DNA of 63,726 bases, filler included, from Octopus bimaculoides (Eukaryota), in the NCBI RefSeq assembly GCF_001194135.2. It is 11 parts of 10 records of this genome, joined end to end, with 100 filler letters (N's around TTAATTAATTAA, not from the genome) between each part and the next. Parts side by side here need not be neighbours in the genome. Positions count along the whole stretch, not along the records: positions 33,522 to 41,909 come from NC_068989.1; positions 42,010 to 58,459 come from NC_068994.1; 9 more parts are not named here. One strand, given 5' to 3'. A program made the translations under genes and the position numbers. Positions 37,690 through 50,047 of the stretch are shown here, piece by piece (the stretch's first letter is position 1; each line of letters starts with the position of its first letter). The notes under the pieces are model-generated. The model searched no databases. It was not told where the DNA came from and worked only from the letters and a program-made list of their open reading frames with translations.

Positions 37690-39000
37690 CTCAATGAGAA
37701 GAATAGTGAAAATGAGAGCTTTTGTAAATGATCAGGGACATATCTATGCCAGGGTCTGTACTCACCCTCACTATGTATTGCAGAAGGAGGAGCCTGTGGA
37801 TAAATCTATTCAGGACGGAACATCTGAGCATTACTAAGCAGACCATTGACGATAAACGTCAACGTCTTTGTTAAGATTTTGGACAAAATTTTGATATATG
37901 TGTTTAGTAGTAGAGTTATGGCCCTAAAATTATCCATGCGATTCCCTGTCTCGGTAGTAATCTGCCAACTGGCCTTCAAACAAGTTTGGAATATAAAAAT
38001 AAATCGCGTTGGGCAGGCCATCCAAACCAAATGATTTGCACCCCAACCTCGTGCAGCCAATCACTGCTTCCCGTAATTCCGCGGATGTTATCAGTTTTTC
38101 ACATCACTTCACCTCTTTTGCCGAGAGCTGTGGTCGGCCATAGAAGTAGGCACTGAGCTCCAGCCTTCCCTCTGCCCGGCCATTCGTTCCAAACAATCGG
38201 CCGAAGTGCCATTGAAATGCTGCACACATCTGCTTGGACCCGAGGAGCACAACAATTAGGATCTACTCAAAACGATATTGTAGATCTGTTGCTACATTGT
38301 ACCTCCGACACTTGGGATAACCAATCGGTTTCATTCCTTCGCATTTTATTGCACGTGCCTTAGCTCTCTCAATGCAACCTTCGTGCTTTGTGTTGATGAA
38401 TTGGTCAAGGGTCAGTCTCGCCGGAGAACCTCGGTTACTATAGCTCTCCTAAGCGCCTCTCCTAAGTTTCTAAGTTGCCCTCTATTATATTTTTCTATCG
38501 CTACGAGGTTGAACTCTAATCGCCTTTACAAGATCAACCACCGTTTGTTGTGGCCTACTGACACCACCAACGCCCATATTACTAATTCGCTAATCAGCTC
38601 CCTGTAAGCTTGGCTCTCCGGGAGTGATGCATTCAGCTTCCATTAACTGGGACTCTGTCTGCTAAACCTCTCTAGGTTGACCGTACAGATAATAAATTTG
38701 TGGTCTGTGTGGATGATGATATTAAAATGTAGACAACCTATGCAATCGTTATTTACTTGCCAATATAATACTCTATCTACAAGTCTGACAGGTTTGCGAG
38801 GCTTTCACAAACTCTTCTCATATCAGGTAGCCCTTTCTAATCCAAACGTGCATCTAATAAGCTCCCAGGGAAACCTCTAAGTACCTGATGAAATCCTGCT
38901 GTCCCTCCCCTGTTGGAGCATAACCAGTTACTAAACTGACGGCACCCCTTCCCTGCTGCTTACATTCAAGACCACTAACTTAGCTGTCGATGAGTAGGAT
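37690..39000 (-). mobile_element. Tx1/L1-clade LINE ORF2 fragment
   Basis: CKSFGLDGLP and NFRAITLL.NT.IKILSKIL (RT domains 0-1). Decayed; the upstream boundary is approximate. Confidence 0.65.
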
Positions 39001-39415
39001 CAATGAAATTTATGCCAATATTAGCCACAATTCTTAGTTTACAATCCACGAGAATATATAAAGATAAATTGAATTTGCTTATTATTGTAGATTAATAAAA
39101 TGAAGGGATTAATTACCAACACAACTAATTTTGTCATCTCCCAACTTTTACTTGACACCTGTAATCTGTTCTGACATTGGCGCAAGGCTACTTATTTGAG
39201 GTAAGGATATAATAGATAAAATCGATCTTAGAACTTGACTATTATGTTACCTATCCAGGTAAAATGACAGGCGAAGTTGATATTGACATGATTAGGAATA
39301 CAAACAAGAATGGGGCGTATGGAGTTACTGCGAGACATCATCTGTTACATTCTAAAGTTTTCAACAAAATATCTATTTTCAATTACCTAAAATGATACCA
39401 CTTTATTTCCTCCAG

Positions 39416-39656
39416 TAATCCTAATGATGGAGATTGTTCTGATTGCTCATATGGACCATGGTCAAAGTACACACCCGAAAACCAGAAATATCTTCTAATT
39501 GATGAAAAACCAAGGATGGTGTCTAAGGAGACCTCTCTGTACAGTATATGCAGTTTTTGGACAAATCTTCTCCCGCAATTAGGGGAACCTCCTTGCTCAG
39601 GTAACTTTCCATACTTTTTCCTTTTCAGTTTCTTTGTGGTTGTCACATATCCATGA
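39416..39656 (+). CDS. ACHE-like: AChE-like gene, second coding exon (splice donor at 39601, or read-through to TGA 39654-39656)
   Basis: CTTTATTTCCTCCAG|T acceptor completes the phase-2 Gly codon. Encodes NPNDGDCSDCSYGPWSKYTPENQKYLLIDEKPRMVSKETSLYSICSFWTNLLPQL, matching the cholinesterase G|xPN...WPxY...YL...CxFW...LP motifs. Read-through adds GNFPYFFLFSFFVVVTYP*. AATAAA at 39808-39813. Confidence 0.9.
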
Positions 39657-39683
39657 GTACATACAACACACAACACACAGTAC

Positions 39684-39725
<42 letters not shown>

Positions 39726-40089
39726 TACACATGTCTAAATATGCATATGCACATACACATATGCATGCATACATGCATACACACACACACACACACACAC
39801 ACAAATTAATAAATATCTAGATTATCTAGAACAAAAGAAATAACTAATAAGAACCATATGATGGTATCTGGGCAGATAATCATACACGCTAGAAAGAGCA
39901 GCAATGAAAGAGTAAATATTCAAATCAGAGATAGTAACCAAATGCATAGCAACAGAAAAATTAATGATAGAGATGTAGTGAGTACTAACTAAAAAAATTA
40001 TAACGGAAAGTGATACACAAAATCTCGATAATCAAAACGGAATAAATAAATTAACATAAAAAGAACAAATGTTGGAATATAAATAAGCA

Positions 40090-40430
40090 AGTGGAAAATG
40101 GAGATAAAGAAAGTAGAGTTAAAGATATGTGATTGCGCAACAAATAAATTTTGCCCGTTAGAATCTAACTGCAAAATTAAAGAAACAGTGTACAGGTGTA
40201 AGGTAATTTCTGACGGACAGGTATATTTATACATCGATTCTAGCGAGATATTTATTACATGCAGAATAGCTAATCATGAACTTTCGTTTAGGGATAGAAA
40301 TAAGAAAAAATAATACGAGTTTAAGTAAATCAATTTCGTCGATAAAAGATAATAATAAAGCATATACAATTAACTGGGAGATAATTAGTATAGCCAAACC
40401 ATATAGTAAAGGAAGCAAAAGAATTGTGCG
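40090..40430 (+). mobile_element. Penelope GIY-YIG endonuclease fragment
   Basis: CDC...CPLESNC...VYRCKV...YLYI.SSE.F..R.ANHELSF...INWEIISIAKPYSKGSK. Confidence 0.7.
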
Positions 40431-40738
40431 GTGAAGAAATTTATCAAATTCTTACATCAAAATATATATTAATTAACCACAGACAGGAAAGTGCACTCAG
40501 ATGTTTTCATCAATCGAAGTATACAATTAATATTTAAATAAATGTATGATACATACTACTGAAATTAGAATTAGAATTAAGTAAACCATCATTAATAAAG
40601 AACCTAATTAAATCAAAACTCATACATAAATTAAGGTTGAGAGTAAAGAGTTGAAAATGTAGTCTAAGTTGAACAAAATTAACTCTAAGAAAAATATCAG
40701 ATTAATTCTAAAATTAAGGAATAAATCACAGATCTATA

Positions 40739-40912
<174 letters not shown>

Positions 40913-41604
40913 GTTGATACATCGAAAAATTGAAAAAAAGAAAAGTTCTAGATTGCCGGAATGTTAAAGCAGAATAAAAACTAGAATCTGAAAACATTTG
41001 TGAGTGTTGACGTAATTTCAGGACAGTAGAAAGTATTCCTTACGGGCCAGCTTATTGAGCAGGTTAAGAACTCATAAAAAATATATGTGACTATTTTTAG
41101 TAACGCTAACACCAAACAAAAGAAGAACTTTGGCCGTACTTATAAGATATTCAGATGATATCTGATTATCAATTAATTTGTACCCCGATAAAGCAGTGGC
41201 TATAATTAACACTAAGTTGCATACTTTGCAGTGTGCACCAACAGACAATGCGCGTAGGTCCTGATAAAGAAAGATGTGATTAACTGTAAAATAAAACTTA
41301 GATATGTTAAATGTTTGTTCTCTTGGTATTTATTAATTTACTATTACTTCTCTACCGACTCTGTGCAATCTTCATTAAGACATTTGGATTTATCGAAGTG
41401 AGGATTAACTGAGTATAGTAAACTCAACTAATTGGAGTTTATCTACATTCACTGAAGTTAGCCAACATTGTTAACAGATGTTAATTAGTTAATTTGAATT
41501 AACTGATGGGACATAAAAACAATAGTAGGTTCTATGAGTTTGATATTGTTCGAAATTAGATTTGTTTTCAATAAATTGATGTATATATATCACCATTTAC
41601 TTCT

Positions 41605-41676
<72 letters not shown>

Positions 41677-42009
41677 AAATAGTAAATGAGTATATGCATA
41701 TATACGTACAGTTATGTGCATACCGACATCCACCTGTATGTATAGGTGCATATTTGGGTACAGGACATTGCAAACAAAACGTAAACGAGAAAACACACAA
41801 GCCACATAGAGAACATTCTTCTTCATCAGCTACCCCCGTTTTAACACCGGCGTTTCGAAGAGCTGGGCAGGACGCATCGCTAAAACGGCTCTTCCCATGG
41901 ACCGCAAATNNNNNNNNNNNNNNNNNNNNNNNNNNNNNNNNNNNNNNNNNNNNTTAATTAATTAANNNNNNNNNNNNNNNNNNNNNNNNNNNNNNNNNNN
42001 NNNNNNNNN

Positions 42010-42297
42010 GTGGCACATAAAAGACACCATTTCGAGCGTGGCCGTTTTCGTGCGGGTGACACGTAAAAGCACCCACTACACTCTCTGAGTGGTTGGCGTT
42101 AGGAAGGGCATCCAGTTGTAGAACCTCTGCCAAATCAGACTGGAGCCTGGTGTTGCCATCCGGTTTCACCAGTCCTCAGTCAAATCGTCCAACCCATGCT
42201 AGCATGGAAAGCGGACGTTAAACGATGATGATGATGATGATGATGATATATATCATCATCATCATCATCATCATCGTTTAACGTCCGCTTTCCATGC
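42010..42297 (+). mobile_element. Family A element plus an inverted second tail (perfect palindrome 42202-42297)
   Basis: Young copy whose (GAT)n tail abuts the reverse-complement tail of a second copy. Confidence 0.8.
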
Positions 42298-43759
42298 AAG
42301 CGTCCATACATATGTACACACACATACACACTTGGATACATATTTATGTGTGTATGCATGTAGCATTAGGGTGTGCCAAAGCCTGAAAAAAATTTAGAAA
42401 TTTGAATTGCCTTATTTTCATCTGGTGACAAATCATCAGAAACCGATACATGTCAAATATCAGGTCAACTATATTTATTGAATGATACAATTATGGAGTC
42501 TCACATACACAACTTCAAATTCCTGTTTCAATAATACAAATTCTTGTTAAAGTTGAATGGTCAAGGCATCTCTTTTCTTATACATTTCAATAGCTTTTTT
42601 TTTTATCTTTCTTGCATTTTCTGATATTTATTTAATATAATTCTTATCAAATCAGCTTAAATGCATATCAGTCCCACCCAAAATTTCAGATCACAAGATT
42701 TCTGCAGATCATTCTTTGTTGTGTTCATTTTTATCTGATTGTGTTTCTGCTCATTTTTATCTGATCACATTTGTGTTCATTTTTATCTGATTGCTTGTAA
42801 AATATGCAACCTTATCAAATAAGTTTTTTTTTTAATTTGTCAGATAGTCATTGAAAGTAGGCCTTTTCTTGTAACAAATTAGTCTAACTCTCTCTTCAAT
42901 TAGGGTCTTTAATTTTCTTCTGGGCCAGCATGTTTTACATCTTAAAATAGAATACTTGCTACATCCCAAAGTTCTTGAATTTTATTTAACACAACTCCAA
43001 TTGTGAAGCTCTGATTTTCATGTTTAAGTTAATAATTAGCTAAATTTAGGAAGTATTTCATAGCTTGATTGTTAGATAGCGGCATACTTAGTGGTTTACA
43101 GGCTATATATATATGTTGTAAGGCTCCCCACATTTTCATCTGCTGGAAGATGTTTTCTCAAATATAAGGTTTTTCAAATTTTAAGGTAACAAATTTTAAA
43201 CCCAACCCACTTTTAATTTAACTCTCATCATATACCTGAAAAATATCATAACAATAATTGATAATTACTGATAGTATGAATGAACATATCAGAGAAGGTG
43301 CAAAATAAATCTAATAATCAGTAAAGTAAAATTCATATCTATGAGAATTTTGCATGATGATGTTCTTAAATTAAAGTTTATGACTATTCTATTGTACACA
43401 TTGTTACATATCACTGAAATTGCTTTTTCTTTCTCGACCCAATGCAACAAACAATGAAAATCAGCCATAAATAAAAGAATATCAGTGAGATAACTGATAA
43501 ACTAAGGCTCCTAAAGGGATCAATACTTTGCATGTCAAATATCAATTGAATATTTGACATGGTTAGGTTTCTGGTGATTAATCACCAGATGAAAAGCAAA
43601 GCAATTCAGATTTTAAAACTTAAAAAACAAACACACACACACTCACCATGAACTTTACGTAAACAGATGAAGATTCCACAGTTTTTAGAGAACCTACCTG
43701 CACAGATGATTTGTATATATGTATGCATACATATATATATAGATACATGCATACACACT

Positions 43760-43983
43760 TTTACTTTTTTGCTTGTTTCAGTCATTTGACTGCAGCCATG
43801 CTGGAGCACCACCTTAAAGGTTGTTAGTCAAAGAAATCAATCCCAGAACTTATATTTTGTAAGCCTAGTACTTATTCTATCAGTCTCTTTAGCTGAACCA
43901 CTAAGTTATAGGGACATAAATACACTAGCATCAGTTGTCAAGTAATGGCAGGGGGACAAACACACACACACACAGATACATAC

Positions 43984-44018
<35 letters not shown>

Positions 44019-44730
44019 NNNNNNNNNNNNNNNNNNNNNNNNNNNNNNNNNNNNNNNNNNNNNNNNNNNNNNNNNNNNNNNNNNNNNNNNNNNNNNNNNN
44101 NNNNNNNNNNNNNNNNNNNNNNNNNNNNNNNNNNNNNNNNNNNNNNNNNNNNNNNNNNNNNNNNNNNNNNNNNNNNNNNNNNNNNNNNNNNNNNNNNNNN
44201 NNNNNNNNNNNNNNNNCAGTGTCGCCTTTCTGGCACTTGTGCCCGCGGCATGTGTAAGGACTTTCGAGTGAGATCATTGCCAGTGCCCCTGGACTGGCTC
44301 TTGTGCGGGTGGCACATAAAATACACCATTTTGAGTGTGGCCGTTGCCAGTACCGCCTGACTGGCCTTCGTGCCGGTGGCACATAAAAGCACCCACTACA
44401 CTCTCTGAGTGGTTGGCATTAGGAAGGGCATCCAGCTGTAGAAACTCTGCCAAATCAGATTGGAGCCTGGTGTAGCCATCTGGTTCACCAGTCCTCAGTC
44501 AAATCGTCCAACCCATGCTAGCATGGAAAGCAGACATTAAACGATGACAATGATGATGATGATATATTTATATATATGACAGGCTTTTTCCAGTCTCTGT
44601 CTACCAAATCCACTGACAAGGCTTTGGTCAGCCTGAGGCTATAGTAGAAAACACTAGCCCAAAGTGTTATGCAGTGGGACTGAACCTGGAACCATGTGGT
44701 TGCGAAGCAAGCTTCTTACCACACAGCCAT
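43760..44730 (-). mobile_element. Family B SINE split by a nested family A element (44217-44563, plus strand)
   Basis: The SINE 3' part (43760-43975) and 5' part (44570-44730) flank a (TA)n tract, a gap and the family A copy. Confidence 0.7.
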
Positions 44731-45043
44731 GCCTGTATATGTATATTATATACATATTATATTTTTATATATATATTACACAGAGGCATTGCGATACTAA
44801 CAACCTGGTGTAGAACTCAATGTACATATACCTCTGAACGAAGCATTAGCCAAGTACAGAGTAGTGTTAAGAAAAAAGAAATGACAAAAGAATAAATGTT
44901 GAGGTTCCAATGAAGCTTTAAGGTGTTACTCAGGTACTCAACTATAAGTCCATCAGTTATTGCCAAAACAACTGTTAGCTAATGAAGTTCATAACATAAT
45001 CGTTTATTCAATTATCATTTCTTTTTCCTTATACATACATATA

Positions 45044-45886
45044 CAGGGTGCGATGGGTAAGTTGTCACCATTTTATATTGTTAATTTCACGCATGCGCAT
45101 TGTTTGTTTTTGATTTCATCAACTACACAGTATAGTAGGATCAGTTGGGCACTGTCTGTGAGAAAAATAGCACCATGATGCAATTCTCTCTGCCAGAAAT
45201 TTGGAAACATGCTGTACTGCTTGGCGTTCATGCCGGAACTCCAATACAAATATTTTGGAGTGTTTGGGTATCAATTTGAGGGCAATGCAATCTGAGTGGT
45301 GATAAAAATCAAACATCTGGTCAACATCATGGTGCTTGGAGTGATCACTAGTGATGGTGACATTATGCCTCCATTCATCTTCCCACATAGCCTCAGACCT
45401 ATGGAGGCCTATATCAAGTGCCTGCAGGAGGTAGTGCTACCCTGGGTCTAGAGGGTAGCTGCTGAAATACCCTATGTCTGGCAACAGGACTCTGCACCAT
45501 GCCACACAAGCAGGAGAACCCAGTCGTGGCTGTCAGACAATTTCTGTGACCACATCACCCCTAACATCTGGCCACCTAACTTCTCAGACTGCAAATCCCT
45601 TGATTATTATGCGTGAGGCGCAGTTGAGCAAGAGACCAACAAGGCTCCTTGTAATACCAAAGATGAACTGAAGGCAAGGATTTTGGCAGCATTCACCAAC
45701 TGAAACAAGGAGACCACTCAGAAGAGTTACAGGAGATTCCCAAGTCATCTGGAGGATGTGGTTGAAGCCAATGGCGATTTTATTGAATAAATTTACTAAT
45801 TTTGGTAAATATATCTTCTAAAATGAGATGCCAGTATTATTTTCATTTTTGCATAATTTAGATAACAGTTTATTTACCAAACCTTG
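45044..45886 (+). mobile_element. DD37D (maT-type) Tc1/mariner transposon, internally deleted
   Basis: TA flanks and decayed TIRs. MVLGVITSDG..PPFIFP, WQQDSAPCH, then 37 residues to the LDY Asp; ends EANGDFIE*. Confidence 0.75.
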
Positions 45887-46022
45887 TATATGCATGCTTT
45901 GAATTACAAATTAAAAGCAACGCTAGTGTTGTAAACATTATTGACTGCACACACTCAGTGTATGTGTTTTGTTTGCTCCCCAGTTTGCTGCATTATAGAG
46001 CTTTTTTGGGGTGGGGTGACAA

Positions 46023-46460
46023 CCTCATAATCTTGGGTGTCAAAACACCTGGAAGTCATAGACAGGTGAGACAACAGACCTCCAATTCCATTCAAGAGTG
46101 ACAGATACTGATATTGCACCATTTTTATGATTTATCAACATCACGTGCCTGAACAGAACTGGGGACGAACTGAATCACCATTTTATGACTACATACAAAT
46201 AGCGTCAGAGCCATTCACTGGTATGCTATGGCAATGCATATCTAACATTAAATTCAAATATGGATTAAAAGCAGTGAAACACTACTTGTATATCGTCATA
46301 GACTGGCGATTTGGTTTGTCCCTTATTCAATTCAGGTATGTGATGTTGATAAGGCACAAAAGGGTGAAATATTAGTATCCATCACTCCTGAATGGAATTG
46401 GAAGTGAGTTGTCTCACTAGTTTATGACTTTCGGGTGTTTTAACACCCAGTGCTATGAGG
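46023..46460. mobile_element. ~440-bp foldback element with long imperfect inverted arms
   Basis: Left arm CCTCATAATCTTGGGTGTCAAAACACC...TTATCAACATCAC aligns to the reverse complement of 46340-46460; similarity continues inward. Confidence 0.7.
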
Positions 46461-46599
46461 GAATTGTCTCCAAAGTGCTATACTACAACAAACCAGCAAA
46501 ACACATGTTGAGTATGTGTGGTCATCAGTGCTGCTTTTAGTTCATAATTGAAGTGTTTGACAAGGTACCAAATTCATTAATTTGGTGGTAATTAAGGAA

Positions 46600-46820
46600 A
46601 CTAGGTGTAGATGAATAACTTGAGAGGGCTGTACAGGCTATGTACAAAGATGTAGTAAGTAAATTTAGTGTCAATAATGATTTCAGCGAGCAATATAGCA
46701 TGAGGATGGGAAGCCATCAAGGCTACATCTTCAGTCCTTTCCTATTCATTATAGCCTTGCAGGCCATTACAGAGTAGTTCAAGATTGGTTGCCCATAGGA
46801 ACTCTTATGTGCCAGTAATA
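46600..46820 (+). mobile_element. RTE RT fragment (continues at ~48895-49520)
   Basis: RAVQAMYKD...GSHQGYIFSPFLFIIALQAIT...GCP.ELLCA; later VLIAESIGELERKFQAWKLNLES and ILYGSET. Confidence 0.7.
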
Positions 46821-46822
46821 TA

Positions 46823-48089
46823 TCAGGTCAGCCCATAAGTTCTGTCCGAATTTTGAATAAAGAAAACAAGTGATCAAATGTTATATTTAATTGAAATTTA
46901 ATCATCAATGTACTTTCCCTGATTATCTATGACTTCCTTCCATCTATTTACAAGATTTTTAATCCCATTAATGTAAAACTCTCTTGGTTTCAAAACGAAG
47001 AACTCTGAAATGTCAGTTTCGACCTCCTCCTGGCTTGTGAAAGTTATGTCACCCAAATGATTCTGTAAACTACGAAACAAATGGTAGACTGAAGGAGCAA
47101 GGTCAGGAGAATAAGGTGGATGAGAAATGTTTTCCCAACCAAGCTCTTCGATCTTCTGTGATGTGATCTTTGCAGTGTGGGGTCACACATTGTCCTGATG
47201 AAGCATCACTCCTTTTTGATTCACTAAAGGGGATCTTTTTTTTCTTCAAAGCTTGGTTCAACTGCTCTAATTGCTGACAGTAGACTTGAGCATTGATTGT
47301 TACATTAGGTGGTAACAATTCAAAGTAAATTTGCAATCCCACCAGATAGAGATAAGAACCTTTTTCCTATGAAGTTCCCTTCTCAGTTGTGGTTGAGCTT
47401 TTTCCCTTTTACTAAGCCACTGTTTACGATGTTTAACATTTCGATAGACGATCCATTTATCATTACCAGTCACAAGTCTATCTGAAAAGGGTGAAATGAG
47501 TTCACGAGAATGGAGAGAAGATCAGATGTCAACTCAGGATTTGCGGTTGCTTTCAGACAATTCATGAGACACCCGTTTTCCAAGTTTAGGAACCTTTCCA
47601 AGTTGTTGAAGATGATGATGAACAGTTGTATGGTTTGAACTAAACTTTATTGCCAATTCTTCAACTGATAATGCAGGGTCTTCTTCAAGTAATGCCTCAA
47701 ACTCAACTGGACATCCTGTTCGATCTTCATCTTCAAAGCAAAAATCTCCACTTCTCAATTTTGCAAACCACCTCCTGCAAGTTCTTTCAATGAAGCATTC
47801 TTTCCCATAAACTGAGTGTATGTTTTGAGTTGTTTTAGCTGCAGAGTTTCCTTTTTTGTACTCATAAAGCATTATGTGCATCAAATGCTCTTTGGATACT
47901 TCCATGTTAGAAAGGGTTTTAATCAAAGAAATTTTAATTCAATTATTCTGTAAAATAATATTTAATTAGTTTAAATGTACACAAATGCATAAAAATAATT
48001 TTTAATTCCATTAGACATTCTAAAATACCATTAAATTTCATTCAGTTTTAAAAAAGGTAAAATCGGACAGAACTTATGGGATGACCTGA
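46823..48089 (-). mobile_element. Full-length (1267 bp) defective mariner transposon
   Basis: 27-bp TIRs TCAGGTCA(G/T)CCCATAAGTTCTGTCCGA (26/27 identical) and TA TSDs. Transposase remnants: HLMHIMLYEYKKG...RTCRRWFAKLRSGDF, RVSHEL (WVPHEL), HPPYSPDLAPSVYHLFRSLQ, ending GKYIDD*. Confidence 0.92.
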
Positions 48090-49846
48090 TATCATATTTG
48101 CTGGTGTATAAGACACACTTTCAAGTAAGACTCACTCCTATTTTACAAGTACATTTCGTAGAAAAATATAAATCTAAAATGTTTCATCATACACCTTTTG
48201 AATGATATATTAAAGTGGCATTGTAGAGGAAAATTCATAATTCTGTACATGTAAATACAATATAGTGACAGTATTTGAGAAAAAATATGAAACCATTAAT
48301 TTATCATATATAAACTATGTTATCGGACTACAGTGTATCAATTTTATTATCTTTCAGATCAGCTGTATGGTTTTCATCGTTTGTCAAAAGAATTCTCCTG
48401 CAAAGAATAAAACTTGTTTTTCTGGCTGTGAGGTTTTGTGTTTCCACAATTGGCAATCAAGGTGATGTGCCAGCTTTATGGTTTTTTTATCATCCACTGA
48501 TTGCAAATAGCCAATACATGAATGAAAAATCTAACAATTTTTTCATGTTACTACAAGAAATTTTCATTTAGATAATTAAAAAAATGTTTCTTAAATGTAA
48601 TACAATCATTAAGTAATGTAAGACACCGATCAGGTGTAAGTTATGCATGTTGTGAAAGCAGATATAATGAGATGATATGACTTCCTCAAATAACTGTCTA
48701 TGTACTATAAACAAATTTATATAAGTTTGTACTAACAGTCTGTGATAATTTGGTTTGTTTTCAATACTTTATTATTTGTAACAATTATTATACCTGGCCA
48801 TTTGGCTCCCTTGTCTATAGCACTCAGTCCTCCATCTGTGAAAAAAAACTCAGGGCAATGTATGGATACATTTATAAATAGAAAATGCCTGTCTTATATA
48901 CTGGCAAATACAGTAGTTCTCATAGCTGAATCTATTGGAGAATTAGAGAGGAAATTCCAGGCTTGGAAGTTAAACCTAGAATCAAGTGTTCATAAAATAA
49001 ACTTAGCAAGGATGAAAGTTTTAAGAGGAAAGAAGACTGGATTCTGGTATCCTCCAGGAAATGGCCTTGCTTGAGATGCAGAAAAAGAGTTGGTACAAAC
49101 TTCATATGCTATGCCCATTGTAAACTATGGACACACAAGAAATATATGGAATCACAGTCAGACTATCTGAGAATGTACACTTTACATATGGTTGATGCAC
49201 TGGAGCAGTATGTAAAATGAGCACACCAGATATAAATTTCAGATATAGATACTCTTAAATACTTGGATGGTTCACTAGAAGAAAGTTAATAGCTCTTGTT
49301 ATCTAGGAGATGTAATCAGTAGTGGAGGTGGTTGTTCTGGAAATATAGCAGAAAATTCAGTAACTGCTGCCTTCAATTTGTTCCAGCCAGCTGCTGGCTG
49401 CAAAGGTTATCTCTCTCAGAGTAAAGAGCAGAGTGTATAACACTTCCTTAGTATTGTGATACTGTATGGAAGTGAGACACCTGCCTTGAATGCAGAGGAC
49501 TTGAGAGAACTGGAAAGTAATGAGAAACTTTAACCATATTGGTCCTGCTAGTTTTGGAGAGCCTGTAATATTTTCTTTCTTCAGATCAAACCATTAAAAA
49601 TATAACAAATATTCTAAAATTTTTTCTGTCAAAAACAGGACAAGTAATTTTCCATGTCATTGTTCACATAATTGCAATTACAAGGTACTAGATTGGGTAT
49701 TATGATCTTAAAGAATCTGGGACGCTATTTAGGAACTGATTCCAGATTCACCTTTTATAATATTTAAGCTAAAAAGTTTTTATGAGCCTCTTGTGATACA
49801 TAAGATAAATTTCAGTCAGCAGTAACCTCAGTCATATCAACTTTAA

Positions 49847-50047
49847 CCCTTTAGCATTTAAACCGACAATATCGGTCCACAATATTTAACTTGCTTTATA
49901 TTCACTGGCCAGATTTAGCCTTGCACACCTATCCTACAATGTAATTTCTAAAACCAAGCAATCACAAAGCTATGAGATAACGCCTGATTAATTCAAAACA
50001 AAGTGAATCAATAAGGATTACATTTGACAGAGTTATTTGAATACTAT
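49847..50047. mobile_element. piggyBac-type MITE, right end truncated
   Basis: TTAA|CCCTTTAGCATTTAAACC; homologous to 9223-9443. Confidence 0.7.

Noticed and set aside
48742-49074. ORF with a hydrophobic N-terminus as a possible last AChE-like (GPI) exon
   Set aside because: Its 3' half is RTE reverse transcriptase, and there is no suitable phase-1 acceptor.
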